DNA of 64,000 nucleotides from a virus. Below, one piece after another: positions 40,396 through 50,774 of this stretch (positions are counted from its first letter, which is position 1; every line of letters starts with the position of its first letter). Under the pieces are notes generated by a model. The model was not told the DNA's origin. It worked only from the letters and a program-made list of their open reading frames with translations, and searched no databases. The position numbers and the translations under genes were made by a program. The DNA lies in IMG/VR virus record IMGVR_UViG_3300017991_004311, positions 1 to 64,000 of that record, one strand, 5' to 3'.

Positions 40396-41832
40396 TTGAC
40401 GAGACAGACCCCGGCCGTGGTCACGGTCGGTGACATACTGGAGGGCAGGCTCCCGTTCAGGCGCGGGAAGTACGGCACGATCCTGACGATCGACCAGGGA
40501 AGCTGGGAATATGCGAAGGGGAAGCGGTGGAAGAAGCCGGAGAAGCGCCTGGACCGCTACGAGATGGGGTACGAGTATTACTTGGAGCACCAGTTCGCCC
40601 GTCCGGTCACCAACCTGACCGCGAGCGCGGTCTTCGGCAAGGGCGTCCACTTGGTCGGGGAGAACGACCACGTGGACTTCGCCCGGCCCATCATCGACCA
40701 GTTGGACCATTTCATGGTGGGCATCGAGAGCAGTATCTACGGGGACAATTTCATCCGCATCTTCGACGCTCCCCCGGACAGCGGCCGTCCGGTCGACGTC
40801 GCGCTCATCCCCCCGGTGACGATCGCGGACAAGATCACCGCGGATGGGAACGCGATGGAGCCGACGGCGTACGTCCAGAAGTTCAGCAACGAGCAGAAGG
40901 GCGAGTCGATCCCGGCCTCCGACATGGTGCACGCGATGGTCAACGCGGTCTCGAACTCGCTGTTCGGCAACAGCGACCATTTGCACTTGTTCTACTGGTA
41001 CGACCTCTACGATTCGATGACGGAGGAGGCGGACAAGCGCCGGCTTTTCGCCTCCCAACCCATCGGGAAATTCACGGGCGTGAACATGCGCTACCGGACG
41101 CAGCTGAAGACGCGGATCAACAAGGTCGCGCGCGACAAGGACCAGAAGACGGGCCTGCGCCGGAGCCTGCCGCCCGGGACGCAGCTCATCCTCCCCCCGG
41201 GGGCCGACTACGTGTTCGCGGAGCCGAGGGGGGCCTTCGACCTGGAATCGATGCTGAACCGGATCGCGCTCATCATCGCCATGGCGGCGGAGGTGCCGAT
41301 CCACTGGCTGAACCTGGGGAAGGACGTGAACCGCGCCACCAGCACTAACATGACGTTCCCGTTCATCAAGAAGATCCAGCGCCGTCAGGAGATATTCTCG
41401 CGCAAGTACGAGGAACTGCTGCGCAAGTCGTTCGCCCGGCTGAAGGCGCAGCGCGAGAAGGGGGAGAAGTTCCGGAGGCTGCCGAGCGCGAGGATCCTCG
41501 CGGCGGACGAACTGGACGTGCGCGTGGAGTTCCCGCCCATTTTCGACTACGAGCTGGAGGACGTGGAGCGGGCGCTAAAGTCGGTCACGCTCCTGTACCA
41601 GCAGGGACTGGTGAGCCACAAGACGGCGGTGGACACGGTGTGCAAATACCTCGGGCTCGACGTGGAGGAGGAGGAGCGATTGTTGGATGAGGAGCGGGAG
41701 AAGGCGGAGACCGCGGAACAGGAGTACAGTCCGGTCGACCGTCTGGTCCAGGAGATCGGGAGCATGGTGAGCGACGGCGACATCGACCGGGACACGGCGA
41801 ACCGGATGATCGAGAAGTTGACGAAGGCGTGA
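40396..41832 (+). CDS. Portal protein
   Basis: 478 aa between TerL and MuF; SSIYGDNFI, VPIHWL...VNRATS and VEFPPI motifs. Confidence 0.8.
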   Translation: MTRQTPAVVTVGDILEGRLPFRRGKYGTILTIDQGSWEYAKGKRWKKPEKRLDRYEMGYEYYLEHQFARPVTNLTASAVFGKGVHLVGENDHVDFARPIIDQLDHFMVGIESSIYGDNFIRIFDAPPDSGRPVDVALIPPVTIADKITADGNAMEPTAYVQKFSNEQKGESIPASDMVHAMVNAVSNSLFGNSDHLHLFYWYDLYDSMTEEADKRRLFASQPIGKFTGVNMRYRTQLKTRINKVARDKDQKTGLRRSLPPGTQLILPPGADYVFAEPRGAFDLESMLNRIALIIAMAAEVPIHWLNLGKDVNRATSTNMTFPFIKKIQRRQEIFSRKYEELLRKSFARLKAQREKGEKFRRLPSARILAADELDVRVEFPPIFDYELEDVERALKSVTLLYQQGLVSHKTAVDTVCKYLGLDVEEEERLLDEEREKAETAEQEYSPVDRLVQEIGSMVSDGDIDRDTANRMIEKLTKA

Positions 41833-41839
41833 GGGCTAA

Positions 41840-43351
41840 ATGGCCGACATCACCGGCGCGATAGCGCGTGCCACCGACAAGGCGGTCAACGAGTACGGTC
41901 GCTATACGGAGCAGCAGATCGGGAAGCTCACCCGCCATTACCGCGAGGCGCAGAAGCAGGTGCTCGCGAGGGTGCGCGAGTTCAAGGGGGACCTGGGGGG
42001 AGCGGAGCGCGTCGCCTCCGTGCAGCATTTCGAGGCCATCGAGCGGGAGATCGCAATGGAGATGGGCGTGCTCCAGCGGCGCACGCAGGCGCAGCTCAGG
42101 GAGATGATGGGCGGCGCGGGCGAGCACGGAGTCAGGGCGGGTGAGCAGCAGCTCTCCGCGCTCCTGGCGAATATCAAGACCGATCTCTCGCCCTCCTATT
42201 CCCTCATCAACCGGGACGCCATCGAGGTCTACACCAACTACGCGCTCCAACTCACCGACGCCGACACGATCCAGGCGCTCCGCCAGATCCAGGGGAGGCT
42301 CCGCCTGGGGCTGATCCAGGGCGACACCATCGGGAAACTCACCACGGACATCCGCCAGATGATCGGAGCGGAGTTCCGCAAGCCCAACAGGGCGCTCACC
42401 TACAAGGCCGAGAGGATCGCGCGGACCGAGATGGCGCGGGCGTACCAGACGGGGCACCATGCGTACGGGAAGAGCGTGGATTGGATCATCGGGGAGAGAT
42501 ACCTGACCAACCCGATCGGTCCCTGGCCATGCCCCGAGTGCGCCGAGCTGGACGGGCACGAGTACTATTTCTCGCGCGGGGAGGCGGCCCCGATTCCGAA
42601 GCATCCCCAATGCCGCTGCTACTCCACCCATATTTTCCGCCAGGACATCTTTACCAAGGAGGAGTTGGAGCAGATTCGCCAGCAGGCCGGGGTCTTCGCC
42701 CCGGTGCGCGGAGCGGTCGCGCCTCCGAGAAGAGGGCATTTGCCGATTCATGGAAGGGAGGAAGGGGTTGCTAGGATAATGGCCGACGCAAAGGCGGCTG
42801 GCGTTAATTTGACGCAGAAAGGGGCGGAGAACATGTTCGATGCGATATATTCGTACACGAGCATGGCTTATGAACCGATTCGACATTATCAGCAATTCGG
42901 TTTTCAGGCAGTAGTCGATCATTGGTCGAAAGGAATTGCCACTACTGCCAGAAAGTATGCTAATGCGATTGAAAAATATCTTCGATTTGCCCCTAAGTTC
43001 AACGGGAAAATCATGCGTGCCGTACCTAGTAAGGCGCTTTACGGAGAATTTTCGAAAGCTTCTGCCGTTGGCAAGACCGTGGACATGAGGGGTTTGGCAT
43101 CGTGGACGAGCGAGGCTGACCAGTTGTGGGGATTTTCTGACGCGGCCACGAGGACGAACGTATTTTTTGAGCTTACCCAAACGGGAAGGGGCAGTTCTGT
43201 CATGCACATGTCGCATATTTCCGATGAGATGGAGGTATTAGTTTCGTCTAAAGCGAAATATAGGATCGTGAAGACCGCGTCAAGGGTCGTGAAAAATCAG
43301 AATACCGGCAAAAACATCGAAGCACTTTTTGTCACCGTAGAGGAGATATAA
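41840..43351 (+). CDS. MuF/SPP1-gp7 minor head protein with C-terminal ADP-ribosyltransferase-like domain
   Basis: ERIARTE, CPEC and PKHPQCRC. C-terminal AIYSYT, IMRA, ASWTS and DEMEVL (R-S-E type). Confidence 0.8.
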   Translation: MADITGAIARATDKAVNEYGRYTEQQIGKLTRHYREAQKQVLARVREFKGDLGGAERVASVQHFEAIEREIAMEMGVLQRRTQAQLREMMGGAGEHGVRAGEQQLSALLANIKTDLSPSYSLINRDAIEVYTNYALQLTDADTIQALRQIQGRLRLGLIQGDTIGKLTTDIRQMIGAEFRKPNRALTYKAERIARTEMARAYQTGHHAYGKSVDWIIGERYLTNPIGPWPCPECAELDGHEYYFSRGEAAPIPKHPQCRCYSTHIFRQDIFTKEELEQIRQQAGVFAPVRGAVAPPRRGHLPIHGREEGVARIMADAKAAGVNLTQKGAENMFDAIYSYTSMAYEPIRHYQQFGFQAVVDHWSKGIATTARKYANAIEKYLRFAPKFNGKIMRAVPSKALYGEFSKASAVGKTVDMRGLASWTSEADQLWGFSDAATRTNVFFELTQTGRGSSVMHMSHISDEMEVLVSSKAKYRIVKTASRVVKNQNTGKNIEALFVTVEEI

Positions 43352-43687
43352 ATGAGGAAGAAAAGAACAAAGAAAGATATCGAGGCCAGGATCAGGAGCA
43401 ATGCGATTATTGACGTGTGGGACAAGTACGGCCGCAAGGTCATCGAGGACGGGAAGGCGGTGAAGGTGCGGAGGAAGGCGTGACCTCGCACTTGCTGCAA
43501 TGCCCGCGCTGCGGCCACATATCCGTGGCGCAGGACGGGGCCCTGATGGTCATGGCGCTCTGCCCATATTGCGCCTACGGCGAGGTCATGGAAAAGTACA
43601 GGGAGGACGGGGTCGCGGTTGAGATCGAGGTTCCGGTCATCGGCCGTCAGGACATGCTCGCGAATTTCCTGATGATGGGGGTGCTGG

Positions 43688-43903
43688 ATGGACAAGGAAG
43701 AGCTGAGGGGGAAGGTGGTCGGGAAGATGATGGAGTACAGGGGGTTGCTGAACAAGCGCTACACGGCGGCGAACTACGTGGACATCGACCGGGCGGGCCC
43801 GGCGCTCGCGGACGAGATCATCGACCTCGTGCTCGGCTCCGGCCAACGGGAGAAGGAGATACTGGAGGGGAACCGTCCGATGGCCTACGGTGACGGGACG
43901 TGA
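43688..43903 (+). CDS. Hypothetical protein
   Basis: One of a run of small coupled ORFs at 43352-44441. Confidence 0.5.
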   Translation: MDKEELRGKVVGKMMEYRGLLNKRYTAANYVDIDRAGPALADEIIDLVLGSGQREKEILEGNRPMAYGDGT

Positions 43904-44655
43904 CCGCGATCCCCATCCCCCACGGGCAGGTCCTCGTGCATGAGCGGGACGGCGTGGCGCACGTGGAGATACGGCCGGGGTTCGGCTACCGGCTCGGGGT
44001 GCTCGGGGCCACCAAGGAAGGCGGGAGCGTGAGCCAGGCCGCGCGTGTCCAGCTCTACCCCGACATGGAGCAGCGCTGGCGGGATATGGAGGCGTGCCAT
44101 GCGGAGCGCGGGGCCAGACGGTTCGGGGCGACGCAGGCGAGGCGGATGGGGAAGCGGTTGGACGAGGCGCTGGCGAGGGGGGCGTGATGCCGCTGCCGAT
44201 GGTGACCGACGAGGCGTTCAAGGCGGCGATGAACAATTGGAACCACATGCGCACGCGCGGCGAGAACCCGTTTCTGAAGACGCTCGACACCATGTCCGGG
44301 GAGAACCCGATGTTGATGCTCTCGGCGCACGGGTTCTTCAAAGGCGACCCGCCGCTCGACTTCCTCACCGGGATGGCGTTCGTCTATTCGCTCCTGAAGA
44401 TCCAGCACGAGCTGGACGAGATCAAGACCATGAGTCGATAAATTATTACCCGGTAATAATATGAGCAAGTACATGAGGTGGCTCAGCGGCCAGAGGGGAT
44501 TCGACAGGGCACCGGAGCGGGAGATACGCTCGAGGATGCTGAGGCGGTTCCCGGAGCTGCCGAGCCAGAGGGCGCTCTCGCTCATCCTGCTGTGGAAGCA
44601 AAGGCAAGGGAAGCGGGGGCATGATACGGGATGATGGATTAGAGGAGGGGGAATC

Positions 44656-45687
44656 CTGAAGCTCAACTGCGGAACCGAACCCAGGGACGGGTACACCACG
44701 ATCGGACTCGACCGCGCCTGCGACGTGGTTTGGGACGTGGCCCATGGTTTCCCGTACGGTGATTCGTCCGTGGAGATGGTGCGCCTCTCCCGCCTCCCCG
44801 ATGCGGACGGCGCGGCGTTCCTGCTCTCCGATGCGTGGCGCGTGCTCCGTCCCGGGGGGATGCTCGTCGTTGACGCTGCGGTCGGTAGCACTTGGGACCC
44901 GGACACGTTGCTGCGCTTCTGCCTCGACGACCGGAGGGTGCTGCATTCGATCCGGGCGAAGTTCAGGGTGGAGCGTCTGGAAGACCATCAGGAAGGCGAC
45001 GGGCACCGGGTGCGCGCCTGGCTCACCGCTGAGAAGGGCAAGCGGCACCATGAGGATCTGATGGCGCACGTGCGCAATTCCATCCTCTACGTGCGCATGT
45101 CGGGTGAGGGCGCCGGCTCCCCCAAGGGCGTGCTCGGCATCCGCCACGGGGTATGTGGTGACGGGTGCCTCCAGCTCCACGTGACCGGGCTCACGCCTGA
45201 CGGGGAGGGATTGCTGGCGGGGCGCTCGAAGGGGATACGCCGTGCCGCGCGGAAGGGGGTGCGCGCCCTGCGCGGCCTCGGATTGGGACGGTTCGGGTCA
45301 CATTTCGACTTCCGTCTCCTGCAGGATTCGAGGACGGGATGGCAGGGCGGGGAGATACGATGCGGGGGATCAGCGGTCGAGTCGTGGGAGCCGGGCGAGC
45401 CGTCGCCGGTGCGGTTCAAGGCGGTGGAGACGGGGCATCCGGGGCCGATCATCTTCGTGGGGGAGAGGGAATGGATGGCCAGGGGCAGGGAACCGCAGGT
45501 CATCGACGGTTCCATGCTCGTGCTCATCGACACCTTCCGCTGGGTGGCGGAGAGCGTCCAGAGGCCGGAGGCGCACGACATCACGGTCAGGGGCGCGAAG
45601 GACTCCACGTTGAACGGTGTGTGGCGGTTCCGCCACCGGAGGACGGACGCCGGCGGCGGATGGACCCTCCAGATCACGAAGAGCTGA
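44656..45687 (+). CDS. Degenerate SAM-methyltransferase-like domain fused to a possible LigD phosphoesterase-like domain
   Basis: In-frame CTG start after GGAGG. KLNCG...GFPYGDSSV...WRVLRPGG, then HFDFRL...LNGVWRF...WTL. Confidence 0.45.
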   Translation: MKLNCGTEPRDGYTTIGLDRACDVVWDVAHGFPYGDSSVEMVRLSRLPDADGAAFLLSDAWRVLRPGGMLVVDAAVGSTWDPDTLLRFCLDDRRVLHSIRAKFRVERLEDHQEGDGHRVRAWLTAEKGKRHHEDLMAHVRNSILYVRMSGEGAGSPKGVLGIRHGVCGDGCLQLHVTGLTPDGEGLLAGRSKGIRRAARKGVRALRGLGLGRFGSHFDFRLLQDSRTGWQGGEIRCGGSAVESWEPGEPSPVRFKAVETGHPGPIIFVGEREWMARGREPQVIDGSMLVLIDTFRWVAESVQRPEAHDITVRGAKDSTLNGVWRFRHRRTDAGGGWTLQITKS

Positions 45688-45699
45688 CTTGCCCCCTTA

Positions 45700-45764
45700 T
45701 TGACATTTTGTGATATTGTGCTATAATATATAGTGTAATACCATCAAGAAGAAGGAGAGAGAAG
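45700..45764 (+). promoter_or_regulatory. Promoter/leader cassette copy 3
   Basis: Near-identical to 19433-19498. Confidence 0.85.
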
Positions 45765-46391
45765 ATGACCAAGACTATCATCATCCCGGAAGCCTTGAAA
45801 GCCATCGGAGGCAGCGAGTGGATCAGGGGAGACAAGCACCGCATTTATTTCAACGACCTCCCGAAATGGTATGGTCTCCAATACACCACCTACAACACCG
45901 GCAACGTCAAATCAGCCCAACTCGATGGCCAGCCCATCAGCAACAGTCAGGCGCGGGGGATCATCTACGGACTGGACAAGATCTGGTACGATGTCAAAAA
46001 CGGTGATTTCTCCTATCGCGGTGACCCCGAATACTGCGAAAAGGCTATTGAGAAAATCAAGGCGGAAGCCGAGAAAGCGGATGTTCCGCCAGTCCCGGAA
46101 GTCGAAGAACTCACTTCCGAAACTCCTCCCGCAGATGGCGCATACATACTCGCAGACGAGAGTGGCCAGGTGATAGGGGCGTACCCCATCCAAGATGCAC
46201 CGCCCTTTGATGAGGTAATCGCGCAACAGCGCCGGGAAGTCGCCGGATTTGATGGGACCATCACTGTATATCATATCGACGATGGTCAGGCACAGGATCT
46301 GCATCGCGCGGCGATTGATAGCCCTGATCCCATAACCGCGGCGACAGGGTGGCTCAAAAAAGCTGGGTTGCAGGCATACTGCACCCGATAA
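45765..46391 (+). CDS. Early hypothetical protein, paralog of 19499 with a different C-terminus
   Basis: Shares roughly the first 105 aa by motif. Confidence 0.75.
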   Translation: MTKTIIIPEALKAIGGSEWIRGDKHRIYFNDLPKWYGLQYTTYNTGNVKSAQLDGQPISNSQARGIIYGLDKIWYDVKNGDFSYRGDPEYCEKAIEKIKAEAEKADVPPVPEVEELTSETPPADGAYILADESGQVIGAYPIQDAPPFDEVIAQQRREVAGFDGTITVYHIDDGQAQDLHRAAIDSPDPITAATGWLKKAGLQAYCTR

Positions 46392-47042
46392 GGAGAGGAA
46401 CGATGACAACCGAAGACCACGAAGCGCTGATAGCGGAATTGGTCGAAGCGATACTCGACGTCCGCGATCTCTGCGGTGACGAGGTCTAGGCGGTGAAGGA
46501 TGCGATGGCCAGGCATGGTCTCCTGTTCGATTTGGCTCTCTATCGGAAGGCGCAAGTCCGGGCGGATGCCCAATGGAAGCGGGATGAGCAAATAATCGAG
46601 CGGGCGGTGAAAGTATGAAAACCTACTGTATTCAGCACCGGGAGGCCGATGGCACGTTGTCCCGCCCGGAATACGCGTTCGCCGAGGACGCGCAGGAGGC
46701 GTGCGAACGGTTCGGGTGGATGGTCGGGAACTGTTTTGTCAAGGAAGAAAAGGAGGGATGAATGACCGTCGTGACGGTGAACTATAAGGGTAGGGCGTGG
46801 GGCATCCGGTTGGTGTGGCAGGGCGCGGGCGAGTACTGGTTCAACGCCCCCGATGGACAGCCGGGGGCTATCGCCTTGGGCTACTGCGCCGACCTGCACG
46901 AGTTGCGCGACGCAGTGCGGGAGGCGGTCGAGGCCGGGTCGGGCGATGAGGACTGGGGCGGATGGTCCGTGAGGCGGGAGGATGTCAGCGACCCCCACAA
47001 CGCCGGGGACGAGACACGGCTCACGAAGGATGAGATTGCCGG

Positions 47043-47819
47043 GTGATGATAGGAGGAGGAGCAGTCGTGAACATTGCCGAGATGAACGCGCAGTACGAAA
47101 AAGTGGGGGGGTTCCTGTCCGAATTGGAGCGGATAGACAAACGGTTCAGGGAGGAGAACGGGATTGGAGAAGTGTATGCGAGTCCGTTCCACCAAGAGAT
47201 TAATATGAAGAAACTGATCCGGGAACTCAGGAACGACCTGACCAAGTTCGCCATCAGGCGGTTGGCGCAGGAGCATTGCCCGAACGTGGCGGTGGATGCG
47301 GCCCGGATAAAAAAAGAGATGGACGAAAAGTGTGGTGATTCCGGGTTCGACGCTGGGGTGATTGCAGGTTACATTCAGACCCAGTATCTCCCGCATGTCG
47401 CTAAACTGAGCTGGAAAAGGATACTGGACGATGCCCGGAAATTGTTGCCCGTTGTCTGGGGGGATTTCGGGAGGGAGAACGTCTGCGCCAAGGAGATTCA
47501 GAAGAAGAAGACCCTTTCCTTGAGGATGTACGTTGGAGAATATGGATGGGGCATCAGGACGGACGAGCTGATCGCGATAGAGCAGCTTGTCAGGGTCGTC
47601 CTCGGGGGCGAGGACCCGGTGAGGGTTGAGGGGCGGGAGCTGGCGGAGGCGTACCAACATAGCGATGAACTGTACGAAGTCCACGACGTGGATGTCGGGA
47701 AGCTGCGCAAGGCGAGGTTGTACAAGAACGGGAAGCTCTTGCTCTATTTCGAGGACGAGGACGCGGCGAGGAAGGTGGCAATGGCTTTGACAAACGGGCA
47801 TTACAGGGGGCGGCCATGA
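47043..47819 (+). CDS. Hypothetical protein (start possibly GTG 47067)
   Basis: Long ORF; AGGAGG precedes the GTG. Confidence 0.65.
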   Translation: MMIGGGAVVNIAEMNAQYEKVGGFLSELERIDKRFREENGIGEVYASPFHQEINMKKLIRELRNDLTKFAIRRLAQEHCPNVAVDAARIKKEMDEKCGDSGFDAGVIAGYIQTQYLPHVAKLSWKRILDDARKLLPVVWGDFGRENVCAKEIQKKKTLSLRMYVGEYGWGIRTDELIAIEQLVRVVLGGEDPVRVEGRELAEAYQHSDELYEVHDVDVGKLRKARLYKNGKLLLYFEDEDAARKVAMALTNGHYRGRP

Positions 47820-48219
47820 CACACCAAGAGGACACGTACCGGAGGGCATCGTTGGGGGCGGTCTGTTCGGTGCACGGGTGCGGGCGGTTCGCTGATTATG
47901 TCAGGGTGCACAGATGGCATGGCGGGACCGGGTTCTATCCGATATGCCGTCTGCACCTGTCGGGACCGAATGCGTAGACAATTGATACGAGGAGGGAGGG
48001 ATGAAACGGGATTATAGCAAGTTGACGGCCAGCGTCGTGTGGTTTCTGGTGGACGCGTTGCTGCTGATGTTTCTGTGGAACGCGCTGTTCCCTGCACTGC
48101 TGGGGGCCGGGCGCATGAGCTATTGGCAGGCATTGGGGGTAGTGTTACTGTGGCAGATAGTTTTCGGCGGTTGGCGATTGAAGAGAATAGGTGATGAGAT
48201 TATCAAGTAGGAGGGAGGA

Positions 48220-48780
48220 ATGAATGCCGAGAAGTGGAAGGGCGCAGTCGCCAAGTTGTGTCGGGGGTGGCTGTCGGACACGACCATAACACTGGACGGA
48301 ATCAACGATTCGGTCGAGCCCCCGTTTGTGGGGAGCGCGGCGTGTGATCCCCTTGCCGTGAGCACGGTGATGTATCATGCCTATCTGGGCGATGCCCCCG
48401 CATTCCTGGACACGGTGCTGGTGCAGGCGTGGCTGACCGCCGATGGGGTGCGCAGCATCGTCGACGGGAAGTGGTGGATGGGCATGTGGGATCGTATTCA
48501 GGCACTCATGGTGGGCGCGGAGTTCGACGATTGGAGGCTGCATGCGGTCTCGGTCCAACGAACGGCCCCATCCAGCGGCAGGGTCGAGAATTTCCTTACC
48601 GGGAAGAGCGGGAGCCACTACAGATATTCCGACTGCGACCCCGACGGCACCGACACGCTCCGGGTGGCGCTTCCGGGCGGCGCACTACCCGGATCGGGTT
48701 GGGTGCTCGGGATCGCGCTCATGTTCCGGGGGCCGAACCCGGAGGTGGCGCAGGCGCTTATCGGGGAGGTGGAGAAATGA
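48220..48780 (+). CDS. Hypothetical protein
   Basis: GGAGG RBS; coupled to the next ORF. Confidence 0.6.
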   Translation: MNAEKWKGAVAKLCRGWLSDTTITLDGINDSVEPPFVGSAACDPLAVSTVMYHAYLGDAPAFLDTVLVQAWLTADGVRSIVDGKWWMGMWDRIQALMVGAEFDDWRLHAVSVQRTAPSSGRVENFLTGKSGSHYRYSDCDPDGTDTLRVALPGGALPGSGWVLGIALMFRGPNPEVAQALIGEVEK

Positions 48781-48937
48781 GCATAGTGGGCACGCTGTTC
48801 AGGTTGGCGAGGTTGGGGGCGGACGTGAAAGCGTTCGGTTCCGGTGATCCGGTGAGGATGGCCCGGAGGGTCAAGAACAAGGCGGTGGGGAGGACGGTGG
48901 CGAGCAGGCTGTTCAGGTGGCCGTGGTAGTGTGATTC

Positions 48938-48965
48938 TTGACATTGAGCGGAAATAATGTATAGT
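48938..48965 (+). promoter_or_regulatory. Sigma70-type promoter for the Y RNA/TROVE operon
   Basis: TTGACA-16-TATAGT ending 6 nt before the RNA 5' end. Confidence 0.7.
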
Positions 48966-48971
48966 GTAATT

Positions 48972-49104
48972 GACGGGGGTAGCTCAGTTGGTAGAGCGCT
49001 AACGTACCCTGTGCGATTGTTCGGCCTTTTCAGGTTGCGCAGTGGAGGGTTACTTCTCCTGCTAAGAGAGAGGTCGCAGGTTCGAGTCCTGCCCCCCGCC
49101 ACCA
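48972..49104 (+). ncRNA. tRNA-like putative Y RNA (permuted YrlA-like) with encoded CCA
   Basis: TAGCTCAGTTGGTAGAGC D-arm, about 55-nt inserted stem, TTCTC-CTGCTAA-GAGAG anticodon arm, GCAGG-TTCGAGT-CCTGC T-arm, ACCA end. Confidence 0.8.
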
Positions 49105-49126
49105 TATTTGTATTGGGCAATGATTC

Positions 49127-49213
49127 GAGAGAAGTGGCGCAGGAAAGGGATACTTCATCATACGGAGATGACGCCGAAAGGCATGTTCCCTGTCCGATTG
49201 TTCCACTTCTCTT
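49127..49213 (+). ncRNA. Second putative Y RNA (YrlB-like)
   Basis: Terminal stem AGAGAAGTGG/CCACTTCTCT with two internal hairpins; shares stem motifs with the upstream RNA; abuts the TROVE gene. Confidence 0.75.
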
Positions 49214-49235
49214 ACTATTTTAAAGGGGGGGATGA

Positions 49236-50729
49236 ATGAAGTTCAACCAGCCGGTTGCGAACAGCACGAAGACGGTCAATTTCGAGGGGGCGGTGAGCTA
49301 TCGCACCGATCCCAGAACGGAACTAGTTTCGCGGGTGCTCTGCACGCTCGTAGGTGAGCCGAAGTTCTACGCTTCGGGGGAGGAGAGCGATCAGGAATTG
49401 GTGACGCTTTTGCGCAGTGTGGGCGCAGCTAACCCTGAATTCTGCCTGAAACTGGCGGCGTACGCCCGCAACGAGATGCACTTGCGCTCGGTGCCGCAGC
49501 TCATTTTGGTGGAGATGGCGCAGCTCGACAGCGTGAGGGGGACGGGTCTGCTCTTGAAATATGCGCCCGCCATCATCCGCAGAGCCGATGAGATCACCGA
49601 GTGCATCGCCTACCAGATCGGCAAATTCGGACGATCAATCCCGAAGCGGTTGAAGAAGGCAATCGCGCTCACGTTCAATTCCTTTTCCCGCTACCAATTC
49701 GCCAAGTACAACCGCGATGGCCAGGTAAGGATGCGGGACGCCATGTTCCTTTGCCATCCCAATCCGAAGGACGAGGAGCACGGGTTGATATTCAGGCAGT
49801 TGGCGGATCAGACGCTGGAGCCTCCGAAGACGTGGGAGGTTATCATCTCGGAGAATGGCAGCACGAAGGAAGCATGGGGAGAGGTCGTGCGCTTGTGGCT
49901 GGAGAGCCCCCGGTTTGGGAACTATATGGCGGCGCTTCGGAATCTGAGAAATCTTCTACAGGCTAAGGTTGACGCGGGATTGATGCGGCGGGTATGCGAT
50001 CAGCTCCGGGATAGGGAGAACGTAAGGCGGAGCAAGCAGCTCCCGTTCCGTTTTTTGTCCGCGTACCGCCAGATTGAGCGGGTTCCGTCTCCGTTTTCCG
50101 GCATGGTGCTGGCGGCCGTCAGCGACGCCATGGACGCGAGCGTGACCAACATCCCTCATCTTCCAGGCATGACCGGGATTTTGGCTGACTTATCGGGTTC
50201 GATGGAATCGCCGTTGTCGGAGCGTGGTTCGCTCACATATAGCGATGTCGGGGCCGTATTGGGCGCGGGCATCGACACTATATCAAATGGATTTGTGGTC
50301 GGGTTCGGCGAGATCGCGGAATTGGCGGTGCTGAATCGGCGGGATAGTGTGCTTACCAATGCACAGAAGATTCGGCGCATGGATGTCGGGGGAAGCACGA
50401 ACGCATGGAGGGCAATGGAACTTCTGGAGCGGGAGCATATTGTGCTCGATCGGGTGATCTTATTGTCGGACATGCAGTGCTGGGACAGTTCCCCGTGGTC
50501 CGAGAGTTTCGCTGATTCGTTCCGTTCCTACCGGAAGACCGTTGCCCCCAAGTGTCTGTTGTATTCGGTTGATCTTGCGGGCTATGGGCAGGGGGTGCAG
50601 ATCCCTCAGGGCGAATATGGGGTGGCGTTGCTTGCCGGATGGTCGGACCGGTTGTTCCAGTTCATCTCTGGGTGGGAAGAGAATCGGGAATCGCAGGTGA
50701 AGGCAATCGGGAAGTATGATGTGAATTGA
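49236..50729 (+). CDS. rsr: Ro60/Rsr TROVE-domain RNA-binding protein
   Basis: LAAYARNEMHLRS, RADE, YQFAKYN, YMAALRNLRN, SKQLPFRF and vWA MIDAS DLSGSM. Confidence 0.93.
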   Translation: MKFNQPVANSTKTVNFEGAVSYRTDPRTELVSRVLCTLVGEPKFYASGEESDQELVTLLRSVGAANPEFCLKLAAYARNEMHLRSVPQLILVEMAQLDSVRGTGLLLKYAPAIIRRADEITECIAYQIGKFGRSIPKRLKKAIALTFNSFSRYQFAKYNRDGQVRMRDAMFLCHPNPKDEEHGLIFRQLADQTLEPPKTWEVIISENGSTKEAWGEVVRLWLESPRFGNYMAALRNLRNLLQAKVDAGLMRRVCDQLRDRENVRRSKQLPFRFLSAYRQIERVPSPFSGMVLAAVSDAMDASVTNIPHLPGMTGILADLSGSMESPLSERGSLTYSDVGAVLGAGIDTISNGFVVGFGEIAELAVLNRRDSVLTNAQKIRRMDVGGSTNAWRAMELLEREHIVLDRVILLSDMQCWDSSPWSESFADSFRSYRKTVAPKCLLYSVDLAGYGQGVQIPQGEYGVALLAGWSDRLFQFISGWEENRESQVKAIGKYDVN

Positions 50730-50774
50730 CCTTTTTCATTCGGCCCGGACCCGGTCAGTCCGGGCTCTCTCCTT

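Noticed and set aside
46487-46489. Genome-wide TAG recoding
   Set aside because: TAG is the evident stop for dnaE, the scaffold and the major capsid gene, and other genes are not fragmented.
48972-49104. Ordinary tRNA-Ser(GCT) or intron-containing tRNA
   Set aside because: There is no long variable arm, the insert is far too short for a group I intron and is not in the anticodon loop, and it matches the neighbouring putative Y RNA.
48957-49223. 88-aa ORF before TROVE
   Set aside because: It coincides with the two structured RNAs and has no RBS.
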